The notes: generated by a model from the sequence alone, not told the origin. A DNA stretch of 46,168 bases from an uncultured Candidatus Marinamargulisbacteria bacterium (GCA_964358175.1 CAYHOI010000003.1:1-46168); one strand, 5' to 3'; positions 26,257 through 37,162 are shown, numbered from the stretch's first letter. Made by a program: numbers and translations.

Positions 26257-28136
26257 GCAAAGTGTCGAAGTGCGACCAAAAGGATCGCAATATCAGAGGG
26301 TGTTACCCCATCTATTCGTGAGGCTTGCCCAATGGATTTCGGTCGTATTTTTTGCAGCTTTTCAAGACTTTCACTTTTGAGGTTGTTGACCAAGGAATAG
26401 TCAAAGTAATCAGGAATTGTAAGATCAGAGAGTTTTTTTTGTTTTTGCAACGTATCATGCATCCGAATAATGAACTCCTCATATTTGACATGAATTTCAA
26501 CTTCTTGCCTTACCTCATCGCTAAGAGATGAATTGAGCTTGGGATAAAGAGGATATAGGTCATTGAAGTGAATATTGGTTCGACGAAGCAGAGCGTAAAG
26601 GGTTTCTTTTTGAAGAAATGTTTCGCCCAAAGCATTCAACAGTTTCTTATAGGCCGGAGTTGGCGTAATGCTGACAGAGGATAGAAGTTGAAGCGTTTCC
26701 TCAATGGCAGATTTTTTAGCAAGAAATCGTTCATAACGCTGTGGACTAATAAGTCCAATAGCATGCCCAAGGGGTGTTAGTCGAAGGTCAGCATTGTCTT
26801 GACGAAGAAGTAGTCGAAACTCAGAGCGGGATGTAAATAATCGATAAGGCTCAGAGATATCTTTGTTGATAAGATCGTCTATGAGCGTCCCCACATATGA
26901 ATTCGTGCGGTCAAAAATTATTTCAGAACGCCCCAGGTGGCTGAGTGCCGCATTGATGCCCGCAACAAGTCCTTGAGCCGCAGCTTCTTCGTATCCGGAG
27001 GTTCCGTTCACCTGTCCTGCACAATAGAGGCCTTTTAGTAGTTTTGTTTCTAAGGTGTAATTTAATTGATGAGGACGAATGATATCGTACTCAATTGCAT
27101 AGGCTGGACGCATTACTTCAACATGTTCTAGTCCAGAAATGGTTCTCAAGAAGGCTTGTTGTACATCCTGTGGCAAGCTTGTTGAAAGACCCTGCGTGTA
27201 AATCTCCGCCGTGTGTTCGCCTTCGGGCTCTAAGAAGGAGGAGTGACGATCCCGGTCGCTAAATCGGATCACCTTATCCTCAATACTGGGGCAATAGCGC
27301 GGGCCGATTCCTTTGATTTTTCCTTGGGAGAGAGGAGATTGGTAAAGATTTTCTTTAATTAAATCATGAGTTTGAGGATTTGTGTGCACCAAATGACAAG
27401 GGATGTTTTTTTCGGTGATAGCGGACCCCGTAAAGGAAAACCGTTTTTTGTGGTCATTTCCATATTCAGCACAAGTTTGAGAAAAGTCTATTGTTTTTCG
27501 GTCTACACGAGCAGGGGTTCCCGTCTTGAGACGAAGCATTTCGAACCCAAGTTTGTGGAGGTGTGTGGAAAGGTGAATGGAGGGGAACTCTCCTGCGCGG
27601 CCAGCAGGGAAATTCTTCATGCCAATATGAATGAGACCATTCAAAAAGGTGCCAGTCGCCAAGACAACCTTGTTTGTCAAATAAACCATATCCATTTCGG
27701 TGATCACTCCACAAAGATCATGCTCTTCCAAAAGAAATTCACGAACCATTCCCTCCTTGAGATCAAGAAAAGGTTGATTCTCAATCGTTTTTTTCATTTC
27801 GAGATGATATGCTAATTTATCACATTGAGCACGAAGGCTTTGAACTGCCGGGCCCTTCGAGGTATTGAGGGTTTTGATTTGCAAGTAGGTTTTGTCAGCA
27901 TTGATGCCCATTTCACCACCGAGAGCATCAATCTCATGAACCAGCTGGCTTTTTGCAGGGCCACCAATGGCTGGATTGCAGGGCATCCAAGCGACACGGT
28001 CTAGGCTGATGGTGAGAAGCAGAGTGGATACACCAAGGCGGGCACTCGCTAAGGCAGCTTCACAACCAGCATGTCCGGCACCTATAACGATGACGCCATA
28101 TTGCTTTTTGTTCCAAATAAGAGGATCGGATGACAT
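26253..28136 (-). CDS. mnmG: tRNA uridine-34 modification enzyme MnmG/GidA
   Basis: GAGHAGCEAA, MPCNPAIGG, GPRYCPSIEDK, AGQVNGTSGYEEAAAQG. Confidence 0.98.
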   Translation of the reverse strand: MSSDPLIWNKKQYGVIVIGAGHAGCEAALASARLGVSTLLLTISLDRVAWMPCNPAIGGPAKSQLVHEIDALGGEMGINADKTYLQIKTLNTSKGPAVQSLRAQCDKLAYHLEMKKTIENQPFLDLKEGMVREFLLEEHDLCGVITEMDMVYLTNKVVLATGTFLNGLIHIGMKNFPAGRAGEFPSIHLSTHLHKLGFEMLRLKTGTPARVDRKTIDFSQTCAEYGNDHKKRFSFTGSAITEKNIPCHLVHTNPQTHDLIKENLYQSPLSQGKIKGIGPRYCPSIEDKVIRFSDRDRHSSFLEPEGEHTAEIYTQGLSTSLPQDVQQAFLRTISGLEHVEVMRPAYAIEYDIIRPHQLNYTLETKLLKGLYCAGQVNGTSGYEEAAAQGLVAGINAALSHLGRSEIIFDRTNSYVGTLIDDLINKDISEPYRLFTSRSEFRLLLRQDNADLRLTPLGHAIGLISPQRYERFLAKKSAIEETLQLLSSVSITPTPAYKKLLNALGETFLQKETLYALLRRTNIHFNDLYPLYPKLNSSLSDEVRQEVEIHVKYEEFIIRMHDTLQKQKKLSDLTIPDYFDYSLVNNLKSESLEKLQKIRPKSIGQASRIDGVTPSDIAILLVALRHFA

Positions 28137-28226
28137 GCAAAAGTATTATGTGTTGCAATCTTGGCTTTTGTAAACGCACAAAGTTTCTCATGACAGCCCT
28201 GCTAATACTGGGTTATGATTCTATTC

Positions 28227-29453
28227 ATGAAAAAACCCGAGCTACTTGCACCTGCTGGAACATATGAAAATGCGACAACAGCCTTTTTATATGGAGCAGA
28301 TGCGATCTACCAAGGATGGGAGGGTTTTTCTTTGAGAACTGGCAAGAAGGCAGAGGCAAACTTTGAGTGTATTAAAAAGTCATTGAAGCTTGCAAGAGAA
28401 AAGCATAAAAAATACTACCTTGCATTAAACATCTTTGCTCGAAATGACGACATCGATCGCGTGAAAATGGAGCTTAGCTTTCTTGATACAATAAACGCAG
28501 ATGCCTTTATAATTTCAGATCCAGGCATTATGACCATCATAAAAGATCGAAGACCGGATGTTCCAATTCACCTTTCAACTCAGGCTAACACACTAAATTA
28601 TGAAAGTGTTAGGTTTTGGAAGAAATTGGGAATTTCAAGGATAATATTAGCACGAGAATTGCATCATGATGAAATAAATCGTATTCGCGTAGAAAACCCA
28701 GAGGTAGAACTTGAAGTGTTTATCCATGGTGCCATGTGTATGGCTTATGCGGGACGATGTAACATGAGCCAGCACTACGCTGGACGTGAAGCCAATGCAG
28801 GGGATTGTGCACACGTTTGCCGGTGGAAATTTGATTTGATAAAAGACGGGCAGTCCCATGAAATGGAATTAGAAGATGCTGAAGGGGGAACTTATATTTT
28901 GAATTCTACGGATCTTTGTATGGCCCCCTACATCAAGGATTTGATGGCATTGGGTATAGAATCCTTTAAGGTGGAAGGACGTAATAAAACATCATATTAT
29001 GTAGCTAACGTTATTCGAGTTTATCGTCACCTCATTGATGAGGCTTACCGATTAGGCGAAGGGTATCAGCTTGATCAAGAAACGGTAGCAGAATTAAACA
29101 AGGTGTCGCATAGGAGGTACTCAGCAGGGTTTTTCAAAGAGGGCGAGACTCTTTTTAACGTGAAGGACTCCAAATATTTGCGGGAATATAAGATGGTTGC
29201 TGTAGTAAAGTCCTGTGATGCAGGAGTTCTCGTGTTGCAGGTGAGGGACAAAATAGAAACAGGTGAGGCTATTGAAATAATTTATCCAGAAATTAAAAGG
29301 GATGTTAAAATAATCATACCCCAAATGACAAACGAGAAAACGATGGAAAAAATTGTTTCAGCCCACAATGGATATGAGGTAAGCATTCCTTGGTTGGACG
29401 GAACACCAATACCCGCTGGCCTTATGGTTCGCATGGCAATATCGGAGAAGTAG
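28227..29453 (+). CDS. Peptidase U32 family protein (TrhP-like tRNA hydroxylation)
   Basis: [35 protein letters not shown]...C.H.CRW, KVEGR. Confidence 0.9.
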   Translation: MKKPELLAPAGTYENATTAFLYGADAIYQGWEGFSLRTGKKAEANFECIKKSLKLAREKHKKYYLALNIFARNDDIDRVKMELSFLDTINADAFIISDPGIMTIIKDRRPDVPIHLSTQANTLNYESVRFWKKLGISRIILARELHHDEINRIRVENPEVELEVFIHGAMCMAYAGRCNMSQHYAGREANAGDCAHVCRWKFDLIKDGQSHEMELEDAEGGTYILNSTDLCMAPYIKDLMALGIESFKVEGRNKTSYYVANVIRVYRHLIDEAYRLGEGYQLDQETVAELNKVSHRRYSAGFFKEGETLFNVKDSKYLREYKMVAVVKSCDAGVLVLQVRDKIETGEAIEIIYPEIKRDVKIIIPQMTNEKTMEKIVSAHNGYEVSIPWLDGTPIPAGLMVRMAISEK

Positions 29454-29454
29454 T

Positions 29455-31251
29455 ATGCAACAATTAACGCGAAACTTTTCAATTATTGCGCATATAGATC
29501 ATGGAAAATCCACGTTAGCAGATCGGCTGTTAGAGCGAACTCAAACAATTTCAACGCGAGAGATGAAGGCTCAGGTGTTGGATACACTTGATTTGGAGCA
29601 AGAGAGAGGAATTACCATTAAGCTTCAACCGGCGAGAATGCAACACACGGCTGCTGATGGTAAAACCTATGTTTTAAATCTTATTGATACACCAGGCCAC
29701 GTGGATTTCACCTACGAGGTGTCTCGAAGTTTAGCCGCTTGCGAAGGAGCACTTTTAGTGGTCGATGCGTCTCAGGGTATTGAGGCACAGACGATGGCTA
29801 ATATATTTCTGGCACTAGAAAATAACCTAGTCATTATTCCCATCATTAATAAGATTGATCTTCCCTCTGCAAATGTTGAAAAAACACGAGCAGAAATTAC
29901 AAGTATTTTGGGGGAAACAAAAATGTTAGAGGTGAGTGCAAAAACTGGCCTTGGGATTGATGAGGTGTTAAGGGCGATTGTAGAAGAAGTTCCTTCTCCA
30001 GTTGGAAACGAGCAAGCACCCCTGAAGGCTCTCATTTTTGATTCAAACTTTGACTCTTATCGAGGTGTTGTTGTGATGGTGAGAGTGATAGATGGTAGTA
30101 TTTCTGCGGGACAAAGGATTAGATTCATGCATACAAAAGCAGAGTATGAGGTCACGGAGGTCGGCTATTTTACTCCCAAAAAAATTCGTACAGAAAAAAT
30201 AGGGACAGGTGAAGTGGGGTACTTGGTCGGTAATATTAGAACCATTGCGGATATAAGAATCGGCGATACCGTTACCGAGGCAAGTAGACAGACAGGAGAG
30301 GCATTACAGGGATACAAGGAGCCGAAGTCCATGGTTTTTTCGGGGCTATATCCTGTTGAAAGTGAAGAGTATCCCCTTTTACGGGAAGCCCTTGAGAAGC
30401 TACAACTTAACGATTCGTCACTGAAGTTTGAACCTGAAACTTCGAAGGCTTTGGGCTTTGGCTTTCGATGTGGGTTTTTAGGACTTTTACATCTTGAGAT
30501 TGTGAAGGAGAGGTTGCAGCGGGAATATAATGTGTCTTTGATTGCTTCAATGCCTGGAGTCGTCTACAAAATAAACTACAATAATGGCGAAACCGCTATG
30601 ATTGATAATCCTGCCTATTATCCTGACAGATCAGAGGTTGTTTCTGTCGAGGAACCCATGGTTAAAGCAACGATTATTTTACCTAACGAATTTGTTGGTG
30701 CAATTATGGATTTATGTAATAAGCGAAGAGGCCGAATGATCAATATGGAGTATTTAGCTCAGACTCGAGTTATGTTGCATTTCGTTCTCCCATTAAGCGA
30801 GATATTAGTGGATTTCTTTAATCAGCTTAAGGCATCAAGTAAGGGTTACGCCTCATTAGACTATGAGGTGGATAGCTATGAACCCTCCGATCTGGTGAAA
30901 GTCGACGTATTGCTAAACCATGAGCCAATAGATGCCTTTTCTTTTATTACCCATAAGGACAATGCTTACTACAAGGGGAAAGAAATGGTGAGCAAGTTAA
31001 GGGAACATATTCCTCGTCAGATGTTCGAAATCCCAATACAAGCTTCTATTGGAAGCAAAGTCATTGCTCGAGAGACCGTTAAAGCACTCAGAAAAAATGT
31101 TTTAGCAAAGTGCTATGGGGGAGATATTTCACGAAAAAGGAAATTGCTTGAGAAACAAAAAGAGGGTAAGAAACGAATGAAGAATCTTGGACGAGTAGAA
31201 ATACCCGAAGAAGCATTTTTAGCTATTTTAACCATTGAAAGTAGTTCGTGA
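29455..31251 (+). CDS. lepA: Elongation factor 4
   Basis: [45 protein letters not shown]. Confidence 0.98.
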   Translation: MQQLTRNFSIIAHIDHGKSTLADRLLERTQTISTREMKAQVLDTLDLEQERGITIKLQPARMQHTAADGKTYVLNLIDTPGHVDFTYEVSRSLAACEGALLVVDASQGIEAQTMANIFLALENNLVIIPIINKIDLPSANVEKTRAEITSILGETKMLEVSAKTGLGIDEVLRAIVEEVPSPVGNEQAPLKALIFDSNFDSYRGVVVMVRVIDGSISAGQRIRFMHTKAEYEVTEVGYFTPKKIRTEKIGTGEVGYLVGNIRTIADIRIGDTVTEASRQTGEALQGYKEPKSMVFSGLYPVESEEYPLLREALEKLQLNDSSLKFEPETSKALGFGFRCGFLGLLHLEIVKERLQREYNVSLIASMPGVVYKINYNNGETAMIDNPAYYPDRSEVVSVEEPMVKATIILPNEFVGAIMDLCNKRRGRMINMEYLAQTRVMLHFVLPLSEILVDFFNQLKASSKGYASLDYEVDSYEPSDLVKVDVLLNHEPIDAFSFITHKDNAYYKGKEMVSKLREHIPRQMFEIPIQASIGSKVIARETVKALRKNVLAKCYGGDISRKRKLLEKQKEGKKRMKNLGRVEIPEEAFLAILTIESSS

Positions 31252-32339
31252 ACGGTGGTTTTTATGTCCACATCCCTTTTTGTGAGAAGAGTTGTGGCTA
31301 TTGTAATTTTTTCTCATTTAGAGCTTCTGAGGAGTACGAAGAACGTTACGTATTAGCACTTAAAACTGAGATACGGGCTCGTCGTACGAGGGAGCTAACA
31401 TTCGATACAATTTATTTTGGAGGAGGCAATCCAGCGAAATTATCTGAGAGTGCGATTGCCTCGATTCTTGAGACAATAAGGGCTACATATTCGCTGACAA
31501 AAGATCCAGAGATAACCCTGGAAGCAAACCCAGAAAACCTATCTGAGGAAAAATTGTTGGGACTCAGAGCGTTGGGCGTTACGAGGCTAAGCATCGGTAT
31601 TCAGTCTTTTGATATGAAGAATTTGGAAATGTTAAAGAGGGTTCGCGAATGTGATATGTCTTCTCGGGTTGATTTAGCACTTAGAATCTTTAAAAATGTT
31701 AATCTAGATCTCATGTACGCTATTCCAGGTCAAGACCCTGCTGACATCAGGTATAATATAGACAATATCCCCGAGGGGATAAAACATATCTCCTGGTATG
31801 CTTTAAGTTTAGAAAAAGGAACGATGCTCTATAAGAAAAGGCTAGAACTGCCATGGCCAGACGAGAGTACAGAGCTTGCGATGAAAGAGCTAATCGTAAA
31901 GGAGCTTGAAAGAAAGGGTTATCGGCATTACGAGATATCTAATTATTGCCTGCCTGGCTATGAATCAAAGCATAACCTGCATTACTGGAAATATGACGCT
32001 TATTATGGTCTGGGAGCTGGTGCAGCTTCAACGTATCAAGGGGTTAGAGTTGAAAATACGTCCAATATGAAAAAATATTTTTCTGGAAATTGGCACGAAA
32101 ATATAGAAAAACTGACTGATACGCAGGTTAAAAATGAATGGATTATGATGAGACTTAGGCTAAAAGAGGGGGTTGTTTTCGAAGAGTACAGAGGTCGGTT
32201 TAACGGAGACTTTAAAGAAGAATATTCTCCTCAAATGCTACGTCACAACAAGTTTTTAAAAATTGAGAAGCATTCAGTAGCCCTCTCGGAGAGAGGGTTT
32301 GACCTATATAATGAGATTGTGTCTGATTTTTTTAGCTAA
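31248..32339 (+). CDS. hemW: Radical SAM heme chaperone HemW
   Basis: [27 protein letters not shown]; follows lepA. Confidence 0.9.
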   Translation: MNGGFYVHIPFCEKSCGYCNFFSFRASEEYEERYVLALKTEIRARRTRELTFDTIYFGGGNPAKLSESAIASILETIRATYSLTKDPEITLEANPENLSEEKLLGLRALGVTRLSIGIQSFDMKNLEMLKRVRECDMSSRVDLALRIFKNVNLDLMYAIPGQDPADIRYNIDNIPEGIKHISWYALSLEKGTMLYKKRLELPWPDESTELAMKELIVKELERKGYRHYEISNYCLPGYESKHNLHYWKYDAYYGLGAGAASTYQGVRVENTSNMKKYFSGNWHENIEKLTDTQVKNEWIMMRLRLKEGVVFEEYRGRFNGDFKEEYSPQMLRHNKFLKIEKHSVALSERGFDLYNEIVSDFFS

Positions 32340-32497
32340 GGAGTTGGAACGAAATAACCTTTACAGATCACGCAGTATTTTTGATTTGGCTTCAAGGCTT
32401 GGAATCTTTCGCATAGTTTGGCTATGTGAAAGATTTCACAACGCAGAAGACGGACAAAAAGACAAGTCAGATGTAATGGTAGTTTCATGACAACGAC
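32340..32497 (-). mobile_element. MITE-like family B, longer copy (158 bp) with TAA target duplication
   Basis: Long imperfect terminal inverted repeats, internal hairpin ATCTTTCACATAG-CCAAA-CTATGCGAAAGAT; TAA at 32337-32339 and 32498-32500. Confidence 0.8.
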
Positions 32498-32895
32498 TAA
32501 AGTCTTCCAAGTGTGATCTGAACGGTTTGTCCATCGCCCCCATAAAGAGTCAAAGCGTAATCGTCACCAGATGTTGATGAGTAAAGGATTTTGCCTTTGG
32601 TTTGGCTACTTGAATAGGCAGCCTTATAATAGGGATTGGTTGGGCTTGAGGTGAGGTATTCGCCAGTTTTTAGTAGCGAAAAGAGATCGCTTATATTCAT
32701 GTTCCCAACAGGATAAGCATTGTTATCCAAATAGTAGCTTTCCACAGCAGACTGAAACGTTCGAATATTTACCTCGGAAGCCAATTGATAGCTTTTATTT
32801 TGGTATTTAAGGACATTCGGAATGACGAAAGAAGCCAGAAGTACCATGAGAGACAGAGCCACAAGCATTTCAATTAACGAAAATCCTTTATGCAT
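32497..32895 (-). CDS. Type IV pilin / GspG-like pseudopilin
   Basis: Prepilin cleavage motif KG-FSLIEML plus hydrophobic helix; AVESYYLDN..YP, NPY; RBS AAAGGAGG before ATG 32895. Confidence 0.9.
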   Translation of the reverse strand: MHKGFSLIEMLVALSLMVLLASFVIPNVLKYQNKSYQLASEVNIRTFQSAVESYYLDNNAYPVGNMNISDLFSLLKTGEYLTSSPTNPYYKAAYSSSQTKGKILYSSTSGDDYALTLYGGDGQTVQITLGRL

Positions 32896-32900
32896 AGCAA

Positions 32901-32955
32901 GTCCTCCTTTGCGAGATAACGTAAGCAGTATACATCGCACAAAGGAGGACGTCAA
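32901..32955 (-). promoter_or_regulatory. Pilin promoter with RBS-complementary inverted repeat
   Basis: TTGACG-17-TATACT (extended TG); 11-bp perfect inverted repeat 32901-32911/32940-32950. Confidence 0.75.
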
Positions 32956-33063
32956 CAACTATTTGTTTGCTTTTTAGGTGAAGATTGTTACAATAAAGGT
33001 ATGGAGAATAGCAGATTTTCTATTTTAATCGCCTCGACCATGACATTAACACTAATCTATTCG

Positions 33064-33870
33064 CTAAAGAGCCTTATCCAGTTTTTTTGTGCTATTCGTT
33101 AGCTTTCTGTGCTGAACACCATCCTTGTTTAGATAATAATAATCGCGCTGGTATTGAAGAAAATCTACCTCCCTTTTTAACTCCTCGAGAATACGTTTGC
33201 AGACTTTAATTTTTATGAACAAAACGTGATTCTCGCTGTAATAATCACCTTTGCCAATATTCGTCATCTGCGTAATAAGTTGGGTGCGAATTTCATCCAT
33301 AATTTGTAGTTCTTTTTTAAGTTTCTTGGATGAGCCACCAATAATACAAATAAGTTCTGCGTTGTACTCGTTCTCCTCAAAAAGAAGCTCATTTTCGTCT
33401 TTTGTTGACTTTAGAGCTTTCTTTTGAAGTTTTTGAAGCTCTGGAATCGTCACCCCCAAGAGAGAAAGAAGTTGAGCTAGAAATGAAGACTTAAATTGGG
33501 CAAATCTTGAGACAATATAGTTGTGTGATTTAGACTGAATAAAGGACTTAATATATTTGTCTATAAGGTTATCTTTTTGTTCAGAAAGGTTGATTTTATA
33601 TCCGAGTTTATGAGATACGATCCTTGAGGAAACGGAGGAATCTTTTTGACGAATACCGCTGACCATTACATGATCTGTCGAATCAAAAATGGGATTTATT
33701 TTTGTTGAATCATTTGTTTTTACGGTGTCCCACTTCAATCGAAGAGAAGACATTTTCTTTTGGGGATCTTGTTCCATGCGATCTCGCTCGACAGCTTCTT
33801 TGTAGCCATCAAATTGATTGGCCTTCATTTTCTGACGAATGTCATGAGCGTTTAGTTTCGTAGACTCCAT
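33064..33870 (-). CDS. Hypothetical helical/coiled-coil protein
   Basis: 268-aa ORF 6 nt downstream of the 33877 ORF; charged helical composition; no motif recognised. Confidence 0.75.
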   Translation of the reverse strand: MESTKLNAHDIRQKMKANQFDGYKEAVERDRMEQDPQKKMSSLRLKWDTVKTNDSTKINPIFDSTDHVMVSGIRQKDSSVSSRIVSHKLGYKINLSEQKDNLIDKYIKSFIQSKSHNYIVSRFAQFKSSFLAQLLSLLGVTIPELQKLQKKALKSTKDENELLFEENEYNAELICIIGGSSKKLKKELQIMDEIRTQLITQMTNIGKGDYYSENHVLFIKIKVCKRILEELKREVDFLQYQRDYYYLNKDGVQHRKLTNSTKKLDKAL

Positions 33871-33876
33871 AGAAAC

Positions 33877-34209
33877 TTAGGCAGAAATAAGTTGAGAAAC
33901 CTGCTTCTCCATTTCCTTTATGAAATCAAATGTGGTCATTATTGTACGGTTTAAGTCCTTGAGTTCATTGAGTTTTGCACTGATAAGTAAAATAGAGCCG
34001 GGAGTATTTTTATCTTCAATTGTTTCACCGTCTATAATCATGGAGGTCTGATTGGGGTCGGCCATTTCTTTCGTAATTTTTTCAATTTTATCTTGGAGTT
34101 CCTGCATGAATGTCTTTCTGTCACCCAAGAAATATTTTTCATTGCGGTCAGCTATAAGCAAGGATTGTTGATTGTCGTTTACGGAAAATACATTATTAAG
34201 AGTTGTCAA
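33877..34209 (-). CDS. Small helical protein, possible T3SS needle (SctF)-like
   Basis: G-rich RBS + TTG 34209; C-terminal PGSILLISAKLNE...TFDFIKEMEKQVSQ pattern. Confidence 0.6.
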   Translation of the reverse strand: MTTLNNVFSVNDNQQSLLIADRNEKYFLGDRKTFMQELQDKIEKITKEMADPNQTSMIIDGETIEDKNTPGSILLISAKLNELKDLNRTIMTTFDFIKEMEKQVSQLISA

Positions 34210-34278
34210 AATAATCCCCCCTGTCACTGATTAATATCGACAAAATCGGAGGATTTTATGTATGGTATTATTTGAATA

Positions 34279-34383
34279 TATACTCAGACTTAAGTGGTTT
34301 ACGGAACCAGTTTAGTCTGAGTTATGCTGAGCAATTGGTTTTCAGGTTTTGAAAAAACCGAAAACCAATTCGGTCGAAGTATA
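34279..34383 (-). mobile_element. MITE-like family A, copy 2 (minimal 105 bp)
   Basis: Reverse complement matches copies 1 and 3 without inserts; abuts the cmk stop codon. Confidence 0.85.
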
Positions 34384-35058
34384 TTAAGAAGGAGGCAAGC
34401 TGACAATCTCGTACAGATGAGTCACGACACTGTCGATGTTTAGATTTGAAGTATCGATGTATATTGCGTCGGTGGCCTTTACCAGGGGAGAACACACGCG
34501 CTCCGAGTCTAGTTTGTCTCTATTGGTGATTTCCTTCTCAATGACTTGTAGATTAAATGATTGGGATGGGTAGAGCTTAAGAAGTTCATAATATCGGCGT
34601 GAGGCACGAACTGATACGGATGCGTCCAAGTAAAACTTGTAGGTTGCGGATGGGAAAACGATGGTTCCAATATCGCGTCCATCCATGACGATAGCCTGAG
34701 TAGAAGCTATTTGACGTTGCTTATTGACAAGAATCTCGCGAACACCCTTTATTTTTGAGTAAATAGAGACTAAGTTATCGACGCTTGGAAGGGTAAGGAC
34801 ACTGGAAAGATCAAGACCATCAATCCACATTTTCATGGAGCGAATTTCAAAGGAGGTTTGCTTTGTTAACGCAATTATTTTTTCCAAGTCCTTTGGCCAG
34901 AAAAGGTTTTGCTCTATACATTTATAAGTAATAGCTCGATACATAAATCCTGAATTTACGTAGAGAATGCCTAGTTTCTCAGCAAGCAATCGAGCAACGG
35001 TGCTTTTTCCAGAAGCCGCAGGACCATCAATAGCAATAATGAGTGGGAATTTTGTCAA
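34384..35058 (-). CDS. cmk: Cytidylate kinase
   Basis: IAIDGPAASGKST, SGFMYRA, VMDGRDIGTIVFP, RD..D..R. Confidence 0.96.
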   Translation of the reverse strand: MTKFPLIIAIDGPAASGKSTVARLLAEKLGILYVNSGFMYRAITYKCIEQNLFWPKDLEKIIALTKQTSFEIRSMKMWIDGLDLSSVLTLPSVDNLVSIYSKIKGVREILVNKQRQIASTQAIVMDGRDIGTIVFPSATYKFYLDASVSVRASRRYYELLKLYPSQSFNLQVIEKEITNRDKLDSERVCSPLVKATDAIYIDTSNLNIDSVVTHLYEIVSLPPS

Positions 35059-35101
35059 AATCGACCTTCTTTCATTTGCGGAACCATTTTATAATACCCA
35101 G

Positions 35102-35566
35102 ATGAGCAAGGATCAGACAAGTGTTTTGAGTGGAACCCAACTTACCTGGGAGGGGTTTGATATTCTCTCAACGAGGATAAGTAATGCCATACGTGAGAGG
35201 AAATATCAAATTGATGCAATTGTAGGGATCGCGCGAGGGGGAATGTTTCTTGCAGGAGCGTTATCCTACAAGCTTGAAATCAAGAATGTCTTTCTCGTGA
35301 ATACTCAACTTTATTCCAATCGACAACGTGTGAACCCAAGAATTCTTCATGCACCCAAAGATATTTTTTTTGAAAACATTCTGGTTGTTGATGATATTCT
35401 TGACACCGGCTCAACCTACTATCTGATACAAGAGTTTGTGAGAACCATTTCTAATAATGCCATTTGGACAGTACTCATTGACAAAGGCAAAAGCAATATT
35501 CAAGTAGATTTTATTGGAGAAAGACTCCATGCAGATTTCTGGATTGATTTTCCGTGGAGCCGATGA
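35102..35566 (+). CDS. Type I phosphoribosyltransferase (Gpt-like)
   Basis: IVGIARGG, ILVVDDILDTGST, WIDFPW; start ATG 35102. Confidence 0.88.
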   Translation: MSKDQTSVLSGTQLTWEGFDILSTRISNAIRERKYQIDAIVGIARGGMFLAGALSYKLEIKNVFLVNTQLYSNRQRVNPRILHAPKDIFFENILVVDDILDTGSTYYLIQEFVRTISNNAIWTVLIDKGKSNIQVDFIGERLHADFWIDFPWSR

Positions 35567-36453
35567 GGGGTTATCCACAGGGCAACTCCACGGCAAGGAA
35601 TCCTCTAATCTCTATTGTTTTACCAGTATTTAATAGAGAAACAAGGCTAATAAATACCATTGAATCCGTTATACAACAAAGCTTTCAGGATTTTGAGTTG
35701 ATCATTGTTGACGATGGATCCAACGACTCATCGGTCAGAATAGCTGAGGCCTACCAAAAAAGTTACCCACAGAAGATTAGATATTTTATCCAGAAGAACA
35801 GAGGCGTTTCATCGGCCAGAAACGTAGGCATTAAAAGGGCTAGGGGCGTTTATCTTGCTTTTATTGATAGCGATGACTTGTGGATAAAGTCAAAGCTTGA
35901 AAAGCAAGTAACGAAAATGAGAACCCTTGGATGGGAGGTTAGCCAGACAGAGGAACAGTGGGTTAGAAATGGAAAAAAGGTCAATGCAATGAAAAAGCAT
36001 ACAAAACGGAGTGGTCGAATATTTTATGATTGCTTACCACTTTGTTTAGTTTCGCCCTCTGCGGTGATGATTAAGAGAGCTGTATTTGAGAAAATAGGTC
36101 AGTTTGATGAAAAGCTATTGGTGACCGAGGATTATGATTTATGGTTACGAATAAGCCTGCATTATCCAATCTACTTAATATCTGAAAAGTTGGTTGTAAA
36201 GTATGGTGGTCATTCTGATCAGCTGTCGCATAAATACAGCAGTATGGATGTTTTTCGAATTTATGCGATGAGAAAACTATTAAGAATAAGCTGGGGTCAG
36301 CTCGATTCCTTAAAAAAGGCCGCTCTTTACTGGTGGATCAAGGAAAAAGCAAACATTGTAGCAACCGGTGCCCTAAAGAGACGTAAATGGTTTGTTTTTC
36401 TACAGCACAAGATGATCTTCTTATGGTATAACGCCAGTTGGCAGTGGTTATAG
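35554..36453 (+). CDS. Glycosyltransferase family 2
   Basis: ISIVLPVFNR, IIVDDGSND, ARNVGI, FIDSDD, EDYDLWLR. Confidence 0.92.
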   Translation: MEPMRGYPQGNSTARNPLISIVLPVFNRETRLINTIESVIQQSFQDFELIIVDDGSNDSSVRIAEAYQKSYPQKIRYFIQKNRGVSSARNVGIKRARGVYLAFIDSDDLWIKSKLEKQVTKMRTLGWEVSQTEEQWVRNGKKVNAMKKHTKRSGRIFYDCLPLCLVSPSAVMIKRAVFEKIGQFDEKLLVTEDYDLWLRISLHYPIYLISEKLVVKYGGHSDQLSHKYSSMDVFRIYAMRKLLRISWGQLDSLKKAALYWWIKEKANIVATGALKRRKWFVFLQHKMIFLWYNASWQWL

Positions 36454-36457
36454 GTGA

Positions 36458-37162
36458 TCAACCCCCTCTAGCTGTAATCATGGTGTCGAGAAGACGAGTT
36501 AGCAGAACATACATATTTGATATATATGGAGTCCCCTTCAGGAGATCATGCGCAGATTGCACAGAAGAGCTGACTTCGAGATCTTGAGCACAAGAGAGGA
36601 TAAACCGTTCGACAGAAGTTTCGCTTACTTCAAGGTGAAATTGGAGGCCAACAACGCGACCGTTGTCATAATCAAAGGCCTGATTCTGACAAGCCTGGCT
36701 AAAGAAAGAATGGCAACACAACGGGGGGATTGAAAAGGTGTCACCATGCCAATGAAAAGGGGTAAAACGCCCGGGGAAAATCTTCCAAAACGAAGAGCTT
36801 AATGCGGAATTAGTTTGAACAACTGGAAACCAGCCAATTTCTCGATGCGCATTTTTTGACACAACGCCCCCAAGAGCCTCAGCAATAAGTTGTGCCCCCA
36901 GGCAGATACCCAAAACCAATTTATTATGGTCAATCGCCTGTTGAATAAATATTTTCTCTGAAGGTAGCCAGGAGAAACAATCAGTATCCCTTGTTCCCAT
37001 ACCCCCTCCCATAATGATCAAAAAATCAAAAGAACTAAGAGTTGGCAAGGGGTCACCTAAAAATAATCTTGAACGAGAAAGTGTGTGATGATGGAGTTTT
37101 GCCCATCTCGCAATATTATCCGGTTCTTCAAAAGGCTCATGTTCTAAGGAATGGATTCTCAT
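36458..37162 (-). CDS. Class I glutamine amidotransferase (stand-alone)
   Basis: LGICLGAQL, HWHGDTF, GLQFHLE; start ATG 37162. Confidence 0.9.
   Translation of the reverse strand: MRIHSLEHEPFEEPDNIARWAKLHHHTLSRSRLFLGDPLPTLSSFDFLIIMGGGMGTRDTDCFSWLPSEKIFIQQAIDHNKLVLGICLGAQLIAEALGGVVSKNAHREIGWFPVVQTNSALSSSFWKIFPGRFTPFHWHGDTFSIPPLCCHSFFSQACQNQAFDYDNGRVVGLQFHLEVSETSVERFILSCAQDLEVSSSVQSAHDLLKGTPYISNMYVLLTRLLDTMITARGG

Noticed and set aside
32299..32490. 63-aa plus-strand ORF after hemW
   Set aside because: Lies in the family B repeat and overlaps hemW; no RBS or motif
35552..35593. Perfect DnaA box (35571-35579) inside an 8-bp inverted repeat
   Set aside because: Single box in coding sequence far from dnaA; one chance 9-mer in 46 kb is plausible
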